A DNA stretch of 64,000 bases. It comes from a virus. The position numbers and the translations under genes were made by a program. The notes beneath the pieces are model-generated. The model had not been told where the DNA came from. It saw only the letters and a program-made list of their open reading frames with translations, and ran no database searches. The stretch spans positions 14,963 through 78,962 of IMG/VR virus record IMGVR_UViG_3300042878_001341. The stretch is one strand, 5' to 3'. Position 1 is the stretch's first letter. Every line of letters begins with the position of its first letter. This document shows positions 32,709 to 43,287 of the stretch, in pieces.

Positions 32709-33614
32709 GTGGCTACAGGTAATTACGGAACAATAAGAAGTGCGGACGTTAGTCCTGATGATGTAGAGATCATCTTGAATTATACGCCATCAAGGGATCA
32801 AACGGATAATTTTATTTTAACAAAATTAGATGCTAAATCTATTTTGCGACCATATTTTCATAATTCGGCAACAGGAGGTAATGCAAATGTTGAGATTTTA
32901 GGTGGTTTATATAACCTAAAATTACCGGCAGATCAATTTAATAAATTAGGTATATACACATTGTATATTAGACCTGCTGAAATTAGAACTAAAATAACAG
33001 ATTGTGGTGTTTTATCTTCATTACCTAATGTAAAAGGTATTGTAATAGATTTGAATAATGTTCCATCACAATATAGAAATAAGTTTGTTAATCAAGGTTT
33101 AATTGGTTTTAGAGTTGAATATTTAAATTCAGATGGGACTAAAATACCTAACTTTTTTAGAATTGTAACCTCATCATTTTATTGTGAACCAGTTGTTCAG
33201 AATTTAACAAATACATCACAAAAGGCGATTAGATATAGATATGTTGAAAGTTCATCAAACTTACTTTTTTGTACCCTTTCACCATCTTCTTCACCTACTA
33301 ACAAGCCAAATGCAACGCCTTTTATCGGTCAACCTGATCAAAATGTTGTTATAACAAATACATTCTTTAATCCTATAACAACTGAAGTTGAGATAGTAGA
33401 ACATGACATATCAACATTGGCAATTGCTCTTTATGGTAACCAAACCAAATCTATTGATGATGGAATTTACACAATCTATGATAGTGCTAATAACATTTAC
33501 AAACAATACAATTTATTTGAAGTACGTGATCAATTTAATGAGTTATTATATGAGGTTAGACAAGATAGAAATAATAACATTGATTTTAGCAAAAGTTTTA
33601 ACAATATAGTATAA
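32709..33614 (+). CDS. Putative structural protein (GTG start)
   Basis: 301-aa ORF; TATTTAT at 32663 upstream. Confidence 0.6.
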   Translation: MATGNYGTIRSADVSPDDVEIILNYTPSRDQTDNFILTKLDAKSILRPYFHNSATGGNANVEILGGLYNLKLPADQFNKLGIYTLYIRPAEIRTKITDCGVLSSLPNVKGIVIDLNNVPSQYRNKFVNQGLIGFRVEYLNSDGTKIPNFFRIVTSSFYCEPVVQNLTNTSQKAIRYRYVESSSNLLFCTLSPSSSPTNKPNATPFIGQPDQNVVITNTFFNPITTEVEIVEHDISTLAIALYGNQTKSIDDGIYTIYDSANNIYKQYNLFEVRDQFNELLYEVRQDRNNNIDFSKSFNNIV

Positions 33615-33616
33615 CG

Positions 33617-36600
33617 ATGGCGGTAACAAAATATACGTGTCCACCCCAAACCCCAAGCGGTCAGGGAACTTTTTCGGACAACTTAGTTGGTTTACAACTT
33701 GTTGACGGGGGAGGTTTTACGCAGGCAAATTTTGAGTTTACTACATCAATAACCGAAAAACAGGATAGAAATTTTTCAATCGGAGCATTTTCTGAACCAA
33801 TATCTTTAGATAGTTTAAATATCCAAAGTATTACAGAATCAAGATTAATACAGGCTAATAATTTTAAAGTTTACCCTAATTTTGATTTATCCCAAGTAAC
33901 TAATTTTACGTTATATGGGTCTTTAGTCAAAAGGATATCAACATCTATTTCACATATAATTAATTTTTTTCCTGCGGCTTTAGAAATTACATCAACACTA
34001 CCAAATTATAGTACTACTGAAACGGCATTAAACATTCAGTACGATCCTGTTGAGGATGAAACGACATTTGATGTTTTGATTAATTCATTAAGAAACCCGT
34101 TTGATATAGATTATAGTTCAAATTCAAATAGAAATTTTGAATTACTTGAAATTGAAGTTTCATCTTTAAGGAATTTCACATTAAATTACCCAAAATATTC
34201 ATTATTCATTAATGGTGGTGAATATCCTTTTATATTTTATAGTCCATCTAACAACACATCTACGACATTAAATTTTGTTGTTAAAGGTAACCCGTTCTCA
34301 GGTAATAGTATTTCTTATGATACGGTACTTATTAGACCTAATGATATGTATGTTAACAAAACATTCAATGAGGCAATGGATGAGGTTGAGCAATTTTTGT
34401 TGAACAGATCCATTACCCCGATATACACATCAACGTTTACGGTACCAAGAGAGAATGAAGATGGTACGGTTTATTTAACGACTCAAGCGATCACATTCCC
34501 TAAGAATGGTCAATGGAATTTAGATATTACATCATTAGCGTTTGATAATTATCTTACGACTTTGAATGATTTTGCAGCTAACTTAGATTTATATCGTACT
34601 AATTTAATATCACGTTTTTTAACAACAGGAGCAATCAAAGAATTTGATACTCCTGATCAAAAAATTGAAAAAGTTTTACAAATATACGGTAGAAGTTTTG
34701 ACGAAACTAAAAAGTTTATATCGGCATTATCTAACATGAATAATGTTAATTATAATGTAAAAAATGACATACCATCTCAGTTATTAAAAAATTTAGCAAT
34801 GACATTAGGTTGGGATACAAACATATCTCCAATCACAAATGACCAATTATTAGATTCTGTATTTAGTACGGGCACTAATGAGTTTAGCGGATTATCGGTG
34901 GGTATGACACCTGAAGAACTTAATTATCAATACTATAGAAACTTAATTTTAAATTCTGCTTATCTTTTTAAATCTAAAGGTACCAGAAAATCTATTGAAA
35001 TATTATTAAGATTGATTGGGGCTCCTGAGGCGTTAATTGAATTTAATGAATACATATACATTGCGGATCAGAAAATTAATATTGAGGAGTTTAATGGTCA
35101 GTACGCTAATTTATCTGGGGGTACCTATACTCAGCAATTACCAATATTAGATACTACCGATATCTACTCAATACAAGGTCAACAATTTACAGGTTTTACC
35201 ACGACAAGTATTATAAGTGATGTGAATGTTTTTCCCGAAGACTATCCAATAGATAATTTTGGATATCCGACGATGCCGTCAGTGAGTGATTCATACTTTT
35301 TCCAAATTGGAGGAGGGTGGTTTGAATCAACACCACAACATAGAATGCCAGAGCAAGTAGATAGTACTAATAGTGTATTTATTGGATCTAATCCTAATTA
35401 TCAAACTACATTATTACCATTTAATTATGGTGAACAATATTTACAAAGATACAGAACTTTCCCTTATATGACTTTAGGGTATAAACTACGTAGAGTGGTG
35501 GATAATAAGAAAAGTTGGACCGATACTGATGATGGTTTAAGAACTAATTTTGATGGTGGGTTTAATGCGTATTATCCTGTTGGTGATGACAAATTGGTGG
35601 TTAATGTTAAGAATGTAGACATATTTATGAATCCGGCTCAAGGGTTAGTTTATGATGTATGGACAATGTCAAGACAATATAATTACCCAATTCCAAATGA
35701 AGGTTTAAATTATATTGAACCAACACGTTGTAACCCAACTCCAAACACTCCTTATCCGGAAAGAGGTGGGATTGATTGGACTGAAATAAAACCAAAACCA
35801 AAAGAAAAAACATTCTTTGAATTTGCGCAAACTTTTTGGCATAACACAATTAATGTTAGAAATAGACAATTTATTACCGATGGTAAAACAGGTGGTTACC
35901 CAACCCTTCAATCTATATATTGGAAGTATTTGGAATCAGGTCAAGCAATCAATGTACCTAACGATAACTTTACATATCAAACAATGATTGATTATGTGAA
36001 TGGTTTGGGAACTTATTGGATAAAATTAATTGAACAAATGGTACCTGCAACCACAATATGGAATACGGGAACCAAATTAGAAAATTCAATTTTCCACAGA
36101 CAAAAGTTTGTATGGAGAAGACAAATGGGTTGTCAACTTGTTCCAGTACCTTGTGATCCTTGTTATGCAATTGGTCAGTTAGTGCCTTTTGATTGTCCAA
36201 TACAATCTGTTAATTGTCCTATTTACCCTTGGGGTTCTGACCCTCTTATTAACTCATTTGGGTCTGTTTTAGGACAAGTTTTAACTACATATTTAGATAA
36301 TAATGGTTATGATTTGAATAACGATTGTTTGGCGAATACTATAACATCTGAATGGTATGTTGACGTGAGATTAAATGGAACTCAAATAGTGGACTACAAA
36401 TTTTTTGATGGATATGGTTATTCTGTTAGTGGAACAAGTTTTCCGACTCAAGTAAATTGGTTAAATGCACTTTATGATTCATTACCACAAATGATTAATG
36501 AAGGTTTAACATTTAATATTGATGAAACAACCAATATTGTGACTATATATAATAATAATTGTGTTTCTCTTAATGATGAAAACAATTTGGAATTAAATGT

Positions 36601-36634
36601 GGGGATAAATTTTGACATAACTTGTAATCAATAA
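33617..36634 (+). CDS. Baseplate wedge protein with P2 gpI/T4 gp7-like domain
   Basis: IPSQLLKNLAMTLGWD..LFKSKGTRKSIEILLRLIG matches the gpI-type KGT motif. Confidence 0.65.
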   Translation: MAVTKYTCPPQTPSGQGTFSDNLVGLQLVDGGGFTQANFEFTTSITEKQDRNFSIGAFSEPISLDSLNIQSITESRLIQANNFKVYPNFDLSQVTNFTLYGSLVKRISTSISHIINFFPAALEITSTLPNYSTTETALNIQYDPVEDETTFDVLINSLRNPFDIDYSSNSNRNFELLEIEVSSLRNFTLNYPKYSLFINGGEYPFIFYSPSNNTSTTLNFVVKGNPFSGNSISYDTVLIRPNDMYVNKTFNEAMDEVEQFLLNRSITPIYTSTFTVPRENEDGTVYLTTQAITFPKNGQWNLDITSLAFDNYLTTLNDFAANLDLYRTNLISRFLTTGAIKEFDTPDQKIEKVLQIYGRSFDETKKFISALSNMNNVNYNVKNDIPSQLLKNLAMTLGWDTNISPITNDQLLDSVFSTGTNEFSGLSVGMTPEELNYQYYRNLILNSAYLFKSKGTRKSIEILLRLIGAPEALIEFNEYIYIADQKINIEEFNGQYANLSGGTYTQQLPILDTTDIYSIQGQQFTGFTTTSIISDVNVFPEDYPIDNFGYPTMPSVSDSYFFQIGGGWFESTPQHRMPEQVDSTNSVFIGSNPNYQTTLLPFNYGEQYLQRYRTFPYMTLGYKLRRVVDNKKSWTDTDDGLRTNFDGGFNAYYPVGDDKLVVNVKNVDIFMNPAQGLVYDVWTMSRQYNYPIPNEGLNYIEPTRCNPTPNTPYPERGGIDWTEIKPKPKEKTFFEFAQTFWHNTINVRNRQFITDGKTGGYPTLQSIYWKYLESGQAINVPNDNFTYQTMIDYVNGLGTYWIKLIEQMVPATTIWNTGTKLENSIFHRQKFVWRRQMGCQLVPVPCDPCYAIGQLVPFDCPIQSVNCPIYPWGSDPLINSFGSVLGQVLTTYLDNNGYDLNNDCLANTITSEWYVDVRLNGTQIVDYKFFDGYGYSVSGTSFPTQVNWLNALYDSLPQMINEGLTFNIDETTNIVTIYNNNCVSLNDENNLELNVGINFDITCNQ

Positions 36635-39600
36635 TGGGGTTAATTAATATAAATGGGTTTTCCATAACTGGAGATTGTACAAACGAGGGATTAGGCGAAA
36701 TTATTTTTTCGGTAACAGGAGATAGTCCTAATTGGTTAGTTACTGAAACTCCCACCGCAGATGTTAATTTACCAACATCTGCATTAACTGTATTTGATAA
36801 TGTTTATTATTACTCAGGTTTAAGTGCCGGTAGTTACTTTTTAAATGTCTATGACTCAACATATACTAATTATATTGTTGTTAATTTCTATATATCTTCG
36901 GGTACCTGTGTATCAATTAATACGACAGACACTACTTGTGGATTTGATAATGGGGGTATAACTGCGACAACACAAACGGTATATGGTAACGGTGGAACCT
37001 TTACGTTATATGATATTAATGATAATTTCATCTCAAGTGGAACTTCAGTAAGTAATGAATATGTTTTCCCACCTGTACCTTCAGGAATTTACTACGTTAT
37101 TGCCAATGACGGTGGTGGATGTACAGGTTGTAGTGAATCATGTGTAGTTAGAGAGTCATTTCCATTTGATTATGGTTATTACGTTGTTAATGACGGAAGT
37201 TGTATAGGTAGTGATGGTAGTGGTAAAATATTTTTAACGGGTTTATCAGACCCAAGTCTATATACTGTTAATTGGTTAACGAGTGTTAATGGTCAAACAG
37301 GGACTACGGTGACAGGTTTGACTGAAGGTTTATACAACGTTCAGGTAACTAATCAGGATGGTTGTGTATCAACTAAAACAATAACAGTTACCGGGGTAGA
37401 TCCGTTAGGAATTGGTGGTTTTATGACATATCCACCAACTTGTTTCACTAATGATGGGGAAATAACCATTATTATTACGGGGGGTACTGCGCCATATTAT
37501 ATTGGATGTTCAAACGGTGATAGCGCGATAATTTTTAATAATGAATATACATTTACTGATTTATTTTCGGGAACGTATAATTTTAATATTATAGATGCTG
37601 GTCTCTGTAAAGTGTCGGGAACAACATCTATTAATACGTCAAATAGTTTTCAAGTATTAAGTGTTGATACGACAAATTCAATGTGTAATGACAATTCAGG
37701 ATCAGTTACAATTACGTTAATTGGATCAGGATATTATACGTATAGTTTAACGGATTCATTACATGATACAACAAGTTTTGGTCCTACAACTAATATAGTT
37801 CAAGTATTTGATACGTTGTCTTCAGGTGATTATGATTTAGTTATTACCGATGGAGTTTGTGATTATGAAACAACAATTACAATTCATAATACTGAAAAAT
37901 TTACAATCTCGGCTATAACTGAAGATACTACTTGCGGGTTAAATAATGGGTCAATACAATTATTAGCAAGTACAGGTGGAACTTTACCTTATCAATATGA
38001 AATAACAGGTTTTCCACCATCCTCAACGACTACATTTAATAATTTAGCGTCTGGTAATTATGTTGGAACAGTTACAGATAATACGGGTTGTTCTCAAAGT
38101 TTAAATATATTTGTTAATAACTCTAATGGTGTCTTTTTTGATTTAGTTGTTGACCAACCAACAAGTGGGGATAATGGTCAAATTGAAACTATTATATATG
38201 ACGGAACACCTATATTCACCTATGATTGGAGTCCTAATGTTAATGGTCAAACAGGGACTACGGTGACAGGTTTGACTGCGGGTACCTATAGTTTAGAGGT
38301 AACAGATTCAAGTGGATGTACATTAACAAAAACTGTGACTTTATCAGGTACTGAAAAAAAATTAAGTTATCAAACATATAATATATGTAATGATAATTTC
38401 CAAAATACTGGAATACTCGGTAAAAGAGGTATGCAACAGATGTTAACCGAAGGGTTTAAAGATTTAACATATGATGATACAGGATGTATTTTAAATACTG
38501 CAAATTTTATTGCGGATGTAACAGTTGATGGAGAAAACACACAACAATCATTTTATGTATCGTCAGGTTTAACTGATTATCCTTCAGATTATGTGTGGGG
38601 TGAAACATTAACTGAACTTTTACAAAGTTATAGCGGAATTAGTAAAGTTGAAATTAATTACTCAACTAATGAGATTAAAATTTATAACAAATGTGTGGAA
38701 ATAGACGGGTGTCAACCTGAAACAATTTATTATTTGTCTGATGCGAATATTGTAATTAATCTAAAATTAGAATACAATATTTCTTGTCAACAATGTATTA
38801 CAACCCCAACTCCAACCCCAACTCAAACTTTAACTCAAACTCCAACACAAACACAAACGCAAACTCCTACACAAACCCCAACTCAAACTTTGACTCAAAC
38901 ACCAACTCCTACGCAAACACAAACGCCAACACCAACTCAAACTTTAACTCAAACACCAACTCAAACACAAACACCTACGCTAACCCCAACTCAAACTTTG
39001 ACTCAAACACCTACACCGACTCAAACAGAAACTCAAATACTTACACCTACACCTACGCCAACACCGACCCAAACTGAGACTCAAACGCCTACGCCAACAC
39101 CAACTCAAACAGAAACTCAGACTCCTACGCCAACACCAACCCAAACAGAAACTCAGACTCCTACGCCAACACCAACCCAAACACCAACACCAACTTATCC
39201 TGATACGGAATTTTTACAACTACAAAATATTATTGGTACAGATCCAATGATTGTGTCTTTTAAAACCGCACCAGATAGTAGTTTTAATATAAATTGGGGG
39301 GATGGGTCATCAGAATTTGTTAATATAACTGATCCACCGTACAATCCTACTTTTAGTGCGTATACCTATACTCATAATTATGTAGGTAGTTTAAACACTG
39401 CGATTTTTGAAGACTTCCGAGTGTCATCATCATTATCAACTGACAATATTCGTGAGATTTATTTAGCAAATGTTTCAGATATTATTGAAAATGTTTATAC
39501 TTTTAGTGCATTTACTGCTTCAACTAAATTAACTTTAACGGCTTGTACTTTAACTGAGTTCAATTCTAGCTTACCTAATACTCTTGTGAGATTTTACATA

Positions 39601-40875
39601 TATAACAATTACGCACCATCAACTCAATACTTTAATTTTAATCCAACAACAAACTTAGCATTATTACCTAGTTTTGTAGAGTTAATTATTTCAAATACTG
39701 ATATGTCAGGGTTTACATATGATTTTTCAGGAAGTAGTTCATTACAAACTCTTCAGTTAACTAGTAATAATAGTTTAACAAACTTGAATATGACAGTTCC
39801 GACAGGGTCATCGTTTTTTCAATTTTGGGTATTCGGTAATACTTCGTTATCGGCATTAACAGTTAATAATAATTTATCGGATTGTATAAATCTTAATGAT
39901 ATACGAGTATATGGAAATACAGCATTAACAGGTTGGACTTATATATTACCAGTGGCTGCAGATAACGTACAATTAAATTCAAATAGAATCCGTAATTTTG
40001 ACATTGATTTATCGGCAAATACAAATTTAACTGATTTAAATTTAAATAGTAATCTTGTTTTAAGTTCATTCACAAATAGTATATCTGCATGTACATCATT
40101 GACAGATTTAAGATTAGATAATAACAACTTAACGACATTACCTCCGATATTCCCAAATAGTATTCAAACATTAAGATTAGAATCAAATGATATAACGGGA
40201 TACACAAGTAACTTCCCTACTAGTTGTGTTTATTTTGATATGAGTGATTCTGTAGCGAGTTTACAGACTGTTCCCCAATGGTCGGTAGATTTAACGGGAG
40301 CAACGTCATTACAAACTTTCAATTTAAATAGTGTTGGGTTATCAGGATGGACAACACAATTCCCATCATCAATTAAAACAATAAGTTTTAGAAATAATCT
40401 TTTAACTGATTTTGATTTTAATTATACTACAGGTGCTACATCAATAGATTTATATTTCAACCAATTAACTGGAACAACAAATTTATCGGGACACACTTCT
40501 TTAACTGGTTTAACAATAGGAAGTAATAACTTTACAGATAGTTCTCCAATACTTGGAGGTGACTTCCCACCAACTTTAAGAACATTTGACATTGGGGGGT
40601 CACCATTATTAACAGGATGGACGACAACATTCTCAGCAATGACCAATATGTTGTCATTAAATTTCCAAGGTACCAAACTTAAAACTGCGGCGGTAGATTA
40701 CATTTTAGATGATGTTGCAACTATAGCGGTAGCAAATAATTTATATAATAAAACACTTAATTTATCCGGTACTCCTCCAAACCAACCAGAATCCCCAACG
40801 GGAGGTGTGACTAATGCTGATTATATATTACTTACAAGTTCACCATATAATTGGACAGTAACTATAACCCCATAA
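36634..40875 (+). CDS. Tail fibre/adhesin: SprB repeats, Thr-Pro linker, PKD-like motif and leucine-rich repeats
   Basis: Repeated C...G.I....GGT.PY.Y..TGL..G.Y...VTD..GC units; 132-aa TP/TQ tract; INWGDGS; LxxLxLxxNxL repeats at C-terminus. Confidence 0.75.
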   Translation: MGLININGFSITGDCTNEGLGEIIFSVTGDSPNWLVTETPTADVNLPTSALTVFDNVYYYSGLSAGSYFLNVYDSTYTNYIVVNFYISSGTCVSINTTDTTCGFDNGGITATTQTVYGNGGTFTLYDINDNFISSGTSVSNEYVFPPVPSGIYYVIANDGGGCTGCSESCVVRESFPFDYGYYVVNDGSCIGSDGSGKIFLTGLSDPSLYTVNWLTSVNGQTGTTVTGLTEGLYNVQVTNQDGCVSTKTITVTGVDPLGIGGFMTYPPTCFTNDGEITIIITGGTAPYYIGCSNGDSAIIFNNEYTFTDLFSGTYNFNIIDAGLCKVSGTTSINTSNSFQVLSVDTTNSMCNDNSGSVTITLIGSGYYTYSLTDSLHDTTSFGPTTNIVQVFDTLSSGDYDLVITDGVCDYETTITIHNTEKFTISAITEDTTCGLNNGSIQLLASTGGTLPYQYEITGFPPSSTTTFNNLASGNYVGTVTDNTGCSQSLNIFVNNSNGVFFDLVVDQPTSGDNGQIETIIYDGTPIFTYDWSPNVNGQTGTTVTGLTAGTYSLEVTDSSGCTLTKTVTLSGTEKKLSYQTYNICNDNFQNTGILGKRGMQQMLTEGFKDLTYDDTGCILNTANFIADVTVDGENTQQSFYVSSGLTDYPSDYVWGETLTELLQSYSGISKVEINYSTNEIKIYNKCVEIDGCQPETIYYLSDANIVINLKLEYNISCQQCITTPTPTPTQTLTQTPTQTQTQTPTQTPTQTLTQTPTPTQTQTPTPTQTLTQTPTQTQTPTLTPTQTLTQTPTPTQTETQILTPTPTPTPTQTETQTPTPTPTQTETQTPTPTPTQTETQTPTPTPTQTPTPTYPDTEFLQLQNIIGTDPMIVSFKTAPDSSFNINWGDGSSEFVNITDPPYNPTFSAYTYTHNYVGSLNTAIFEDFRVSSSLSTDNIREIYLANVSDIIENVYTFSAFTASTKLTLTACTLTEFNSSLPNTLVRFYIYNNYAPSTQYFNFNPTTNLALLPSFVELIISNTDMSGFTYDFSGSSSLQTLQLTSNNSLTNLNMTVPTGSSFFQFWVFGNTSLSALTVNNNLSDCINLNDIRVYGNTALTGWTYILPVAADNVQLNSNRIRNFDIDLSANTNLTDLNLNSNLVLSSFTNSISACTSLTDLRLDNNNLTTLPPIFPNSIQTLRLESNDITGYTSNFPTSCVYFDMSDSVASLQTVPQWSVDLTGATSLQTFNLNSVGLSGWTTQFPSSIKTISFRNNLLTDFDFNYTTGATSIDLYFNQLTGTTNLSGHTSLTGLTIGSNNFTDSSPILGGDFPPTLRTFDIGGSPLLTGWTTTFSAMTNMLSLNFQGTKLKTAAVDYILDDVATIAVANNLYNKTLNLSGTPPNQPESPTGGVTNADYILLTSSPYNWTVTITP
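37284..38278 (+). repeat. Pair of perfect 41-bp direct repeats (37284-37324 and 38238-38278)
   Basis: tgttaatggtcaaacagggactacggtgacaggtttgactg occurs twice, 954 bp (318 codons) apart. Confidence 0.9.
38800..39195 (+). repeat. Low-complexity Thr-Pro/Thr-Gln tandem repeat (mucin-like linker)
   Basis: About 132 codons of TPTP/TQT units, including near-identical 36-bp TQTETQTPTPTP copies. Confidence 0.95.
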
Positions 40876-40914
40876 TAAATTCACTTTTAGTTATTATCTA
40901 ATATCTTTTACTTT

Positions 40915-41889
40915 ATGGGAGATATTCTTTTTGTTACTGCACAACCTGACGTACCTTATTTTCATTGGCAAGTAAAATTGTATACTCATAATTTTATTGA
41001 GAAGGGAATTAAACCTTGTCAGATCCATGTTATTTTTGGATTACAAAAAAAACAACAACCATCACAAGGGGCATTAGAATTATGTGATTACGGATTTAAT
41101 GTTCATTTTTATGATGATGATCGTGAGAACAAATCATACATACCAAGTATAAAACCATATCTAATTTATCAATGGTTAAAAGAATATCCTGAAAACGGTA
41201 AATTATTTTTCTTACACGATTCTGATATCATCTTCAATAGATTACCAAATTTTGATAAATTACTTAATGATAATGTATCTTATTTATCTGACACGATAGG
41301 CTATATTGGTTACGAATACATTAAAGATTGTTGTGATAGATATGAGAAACAACATCCAACATCAAACAAAGAACAGTTACTCCAAGAGATGTCAGATACA
41401 ATAGGTATTGATGTTGATCTTATAAAACAAAATCAAGAAAATTCGGGTGGAGGTCAATACCTTATCAAAAATACGGATCCACTATTATGGGGTAAGATTT
41501 ATGATGATTGTACACCATTGTATAACCAAATGTTAGATTACCAAAGAAGATTCCCCATTAATCCTGGTCAAATACAATTTTGGACTGCCGAAATGTGGTC
41601 ATTATTATGGAATATGTGGAACTCAGGGTATGAAACAAAAATCACAAATGAGTTAGATTTTTCATGGGCAACTGATAGTATTGATATTTATAATCAAAAA
41701 CCAATACTACATATGGCAGGTGTGACTGACCAATTAAGAACTACGAAATTTTATAAGGGAGATTTCATAAACAGAAATCCGATTGAGGATTTAAGGAATG
41801 ACATTAATTTCTTTAATTATGTGGACAAAAATAGTTCTACGATTAAATATATTGAAGTAATGAGGTCATTTTTGGAAAAAAATAAATAA
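40915..41889 (+). CDS. GT-A glycosyltransferase resembling plant HPAT (GT95)/SERGT (GT96) protein O-glycosyltransferases
   Basis: TAQPDVPYFHWQ, YIPSIKPYLIYQWL, LHDSDIIF (DxD), FWTAEMWSLL, ILHMAG motifs in family order. Confidence 0.7.
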   Translation: MGDILFVTAQPDVPYFHWQVKLYTHNFIEKGIKPCQIHVIFGLQKKQQPSQGALELCDYGFNVHFYDDDRENKSYIPSIKPYLIYQWLKEYPENGKLFFLHDSDIIFNRLPNFDKLLNDNVSYLSDTIGYIGYEYIKDCCDRYEKQHPTSNKEQLLQEMSDTIGIDVDLIKQNQENSGGGQYLIKNTDPLLWGKIYDDCTPLYNQMLDYQRRFPINPGQIQFWTAEMWSLLWNMWNSGYETKITNELDFSWATDSIDIYNQKPILHMAGVTDQLRTTKFYKGDFINRNPIEDLRNDINFFNYVDKNSSTIKYIEVMRSFLEKNK

Positions 41890-41906
41890 CTGATTATTTA
41901 TTAGTA

Positions 41907-43235
41907 ATGGGAACTCAACCGATATCAGTAAAACCAATAAATGAATGTGCGATAGTTACGTTATTTCCAATGACGGCTATATGTGATAGTGTTAATCCAA
42001 GTACTCCACAATCCTATGATGGATCAGTAAGTGTTATGGTTAGTGGTGGTACTCCACCATATAATATTACTTGGGAAGAAGGTGGATTAGGACCAACAAA
42101 ATCTAATCTTGGTGTTGGAGATTACCGAGCAACCATTGTTGATTTTTATGGTGATTTTACGGCAAATACAATATGTAGTTTAACCGCAGAAACAAGTACA
42201 ACCACAACCTCCACATCAACAACTACATTACCTGTTTACGAGGATTTATGTATGTACTTTACGGACAACAATGGTCCAAATTCAGAAACACATCAGTTTT
42301 TATTTAATGGATATTTAAATGGAAAACCTACTTGGATATCTGATGATGACTTATATAATATATATTGGAGTACAGGTACTACAAATCAATGGTTAGTTGA
42401 CGGGTGGAGTAATGGTATCATTTACAATTCAAATACATCCGTACCACCATTAACGGGGTGGCAATTCTTAGGTGGTAGTTATTCAGGGACATTTACTATT
42501 ACCGTTTCTGAGGGAACTTGTGTGGATAATCCTATGGTTAATATATTAATAAGTTACCAATCTCCAACCTGTGGTAGTAATGGTAGTATTATTGTGACGG
42601 CAAATGGAGGAACACCATCGTACCAATACTCAATTAATGGAGGAACAACATACCAATCAAGTCCTGTATTTAGTAATTTATCAAGTGGTATATATAGTGT
42701 TAAGGTTAAGGATACAAATGATGTAGCAACAACACAAAGTGTTACTTTATCAGGGCCACCACCTAATCAAACTTATCAAATAGCATTACTTTTAACGGGT
42801 CCTAACTCTTTTAACATAAATGTAACTCCTACATTACCAAGTGGGGTATATATCACTTTTGATTTAAAACATAATAGTGTATTTAAATTAGCACCTTCAC
42901 CAACCGTGGCGGTATATAATAATGTTGTCACGGTTAATGTTAATGGAAATCCGATTGCGACTCCATCACCTATGTTAAGTACAACCGCAACATTTAACCC
43001 TTGTGATTCGGGGTCTATATATACTAAAACAAATATCACTACATGGACTACGTTAACGTTTAATCCAACAAGTACCATGAGCGGTACTTTTACAAATAAT
43101 ATAAGTCCGATAACACCTTTAGTTAATTGTTATTCGGTTAGTGGGTCAAGTGAATTAGTTATTACAAATGCAAAATTATATAACTGTGATTGTTGTAATA
43201 TAACAATAAAAAACTCTAACCCTATTAGGATTTAA
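41907..43235 (+). CDS. SprB-repeat, Thr-rich structural/fibre protein
   Basis: SGGTPPYNITW..LGVGDY and CGSNGSI..GGTPSYQYSING..FSNLSSGIYSVKVKD; TSTTTTSTSTTT tract; TATTTAT 5 nt upstream. Confidence 0.7.
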   Translation: MGTQPISVKPINECAIVTLFPMTAICDSVNPSTPQSYDGSVSVMVSGGTPPYNITWEEGGLGPTKSNLGVGDYRATIVDFYGDFTANTICSLTAETSTTTTSTSTTTLPVYEDLCMYFTDNNGPNSETHQFLFNGYLNGKPTWISDDDLYNIYWSTGTTNQWLVDGWSNGIIYNSNTSVPPLTGWQFLGGSYSGTFTITVSEGTCVDNPMVNILISYQSPTCGSNGSIIVTANGGTPSYQYSINGGTTYQSSPVFSNLSSGIYSVKVKDTNDVATTQSVTLSGPPPNQTYQIALLLTGPNSFNINVTPTLPSGVYITFDLKHNSVFKLAPSPTVAVYNNVVTVNVNGNPIATPSPMLSTTATFNPCDSGSIYTKTNITTWTTLTFNPTSTMSGTFTNNISPITPLVNCYSVSGSSELVITNAKLYNCDCCNITIKNSNPIRI

Positions 43236-43287
43236 AGTATTGAAGTTAGAGGATAAAAAAATTATAAATAAACTATTTATTGATTAG

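Noticed and set aside
38800-39195. Tandem repeats (also 59863-59988 and 11838-11918) as CRISPR arrays
   Set aside because: In-frame coding repeats with no unique spacers and no cas genes.
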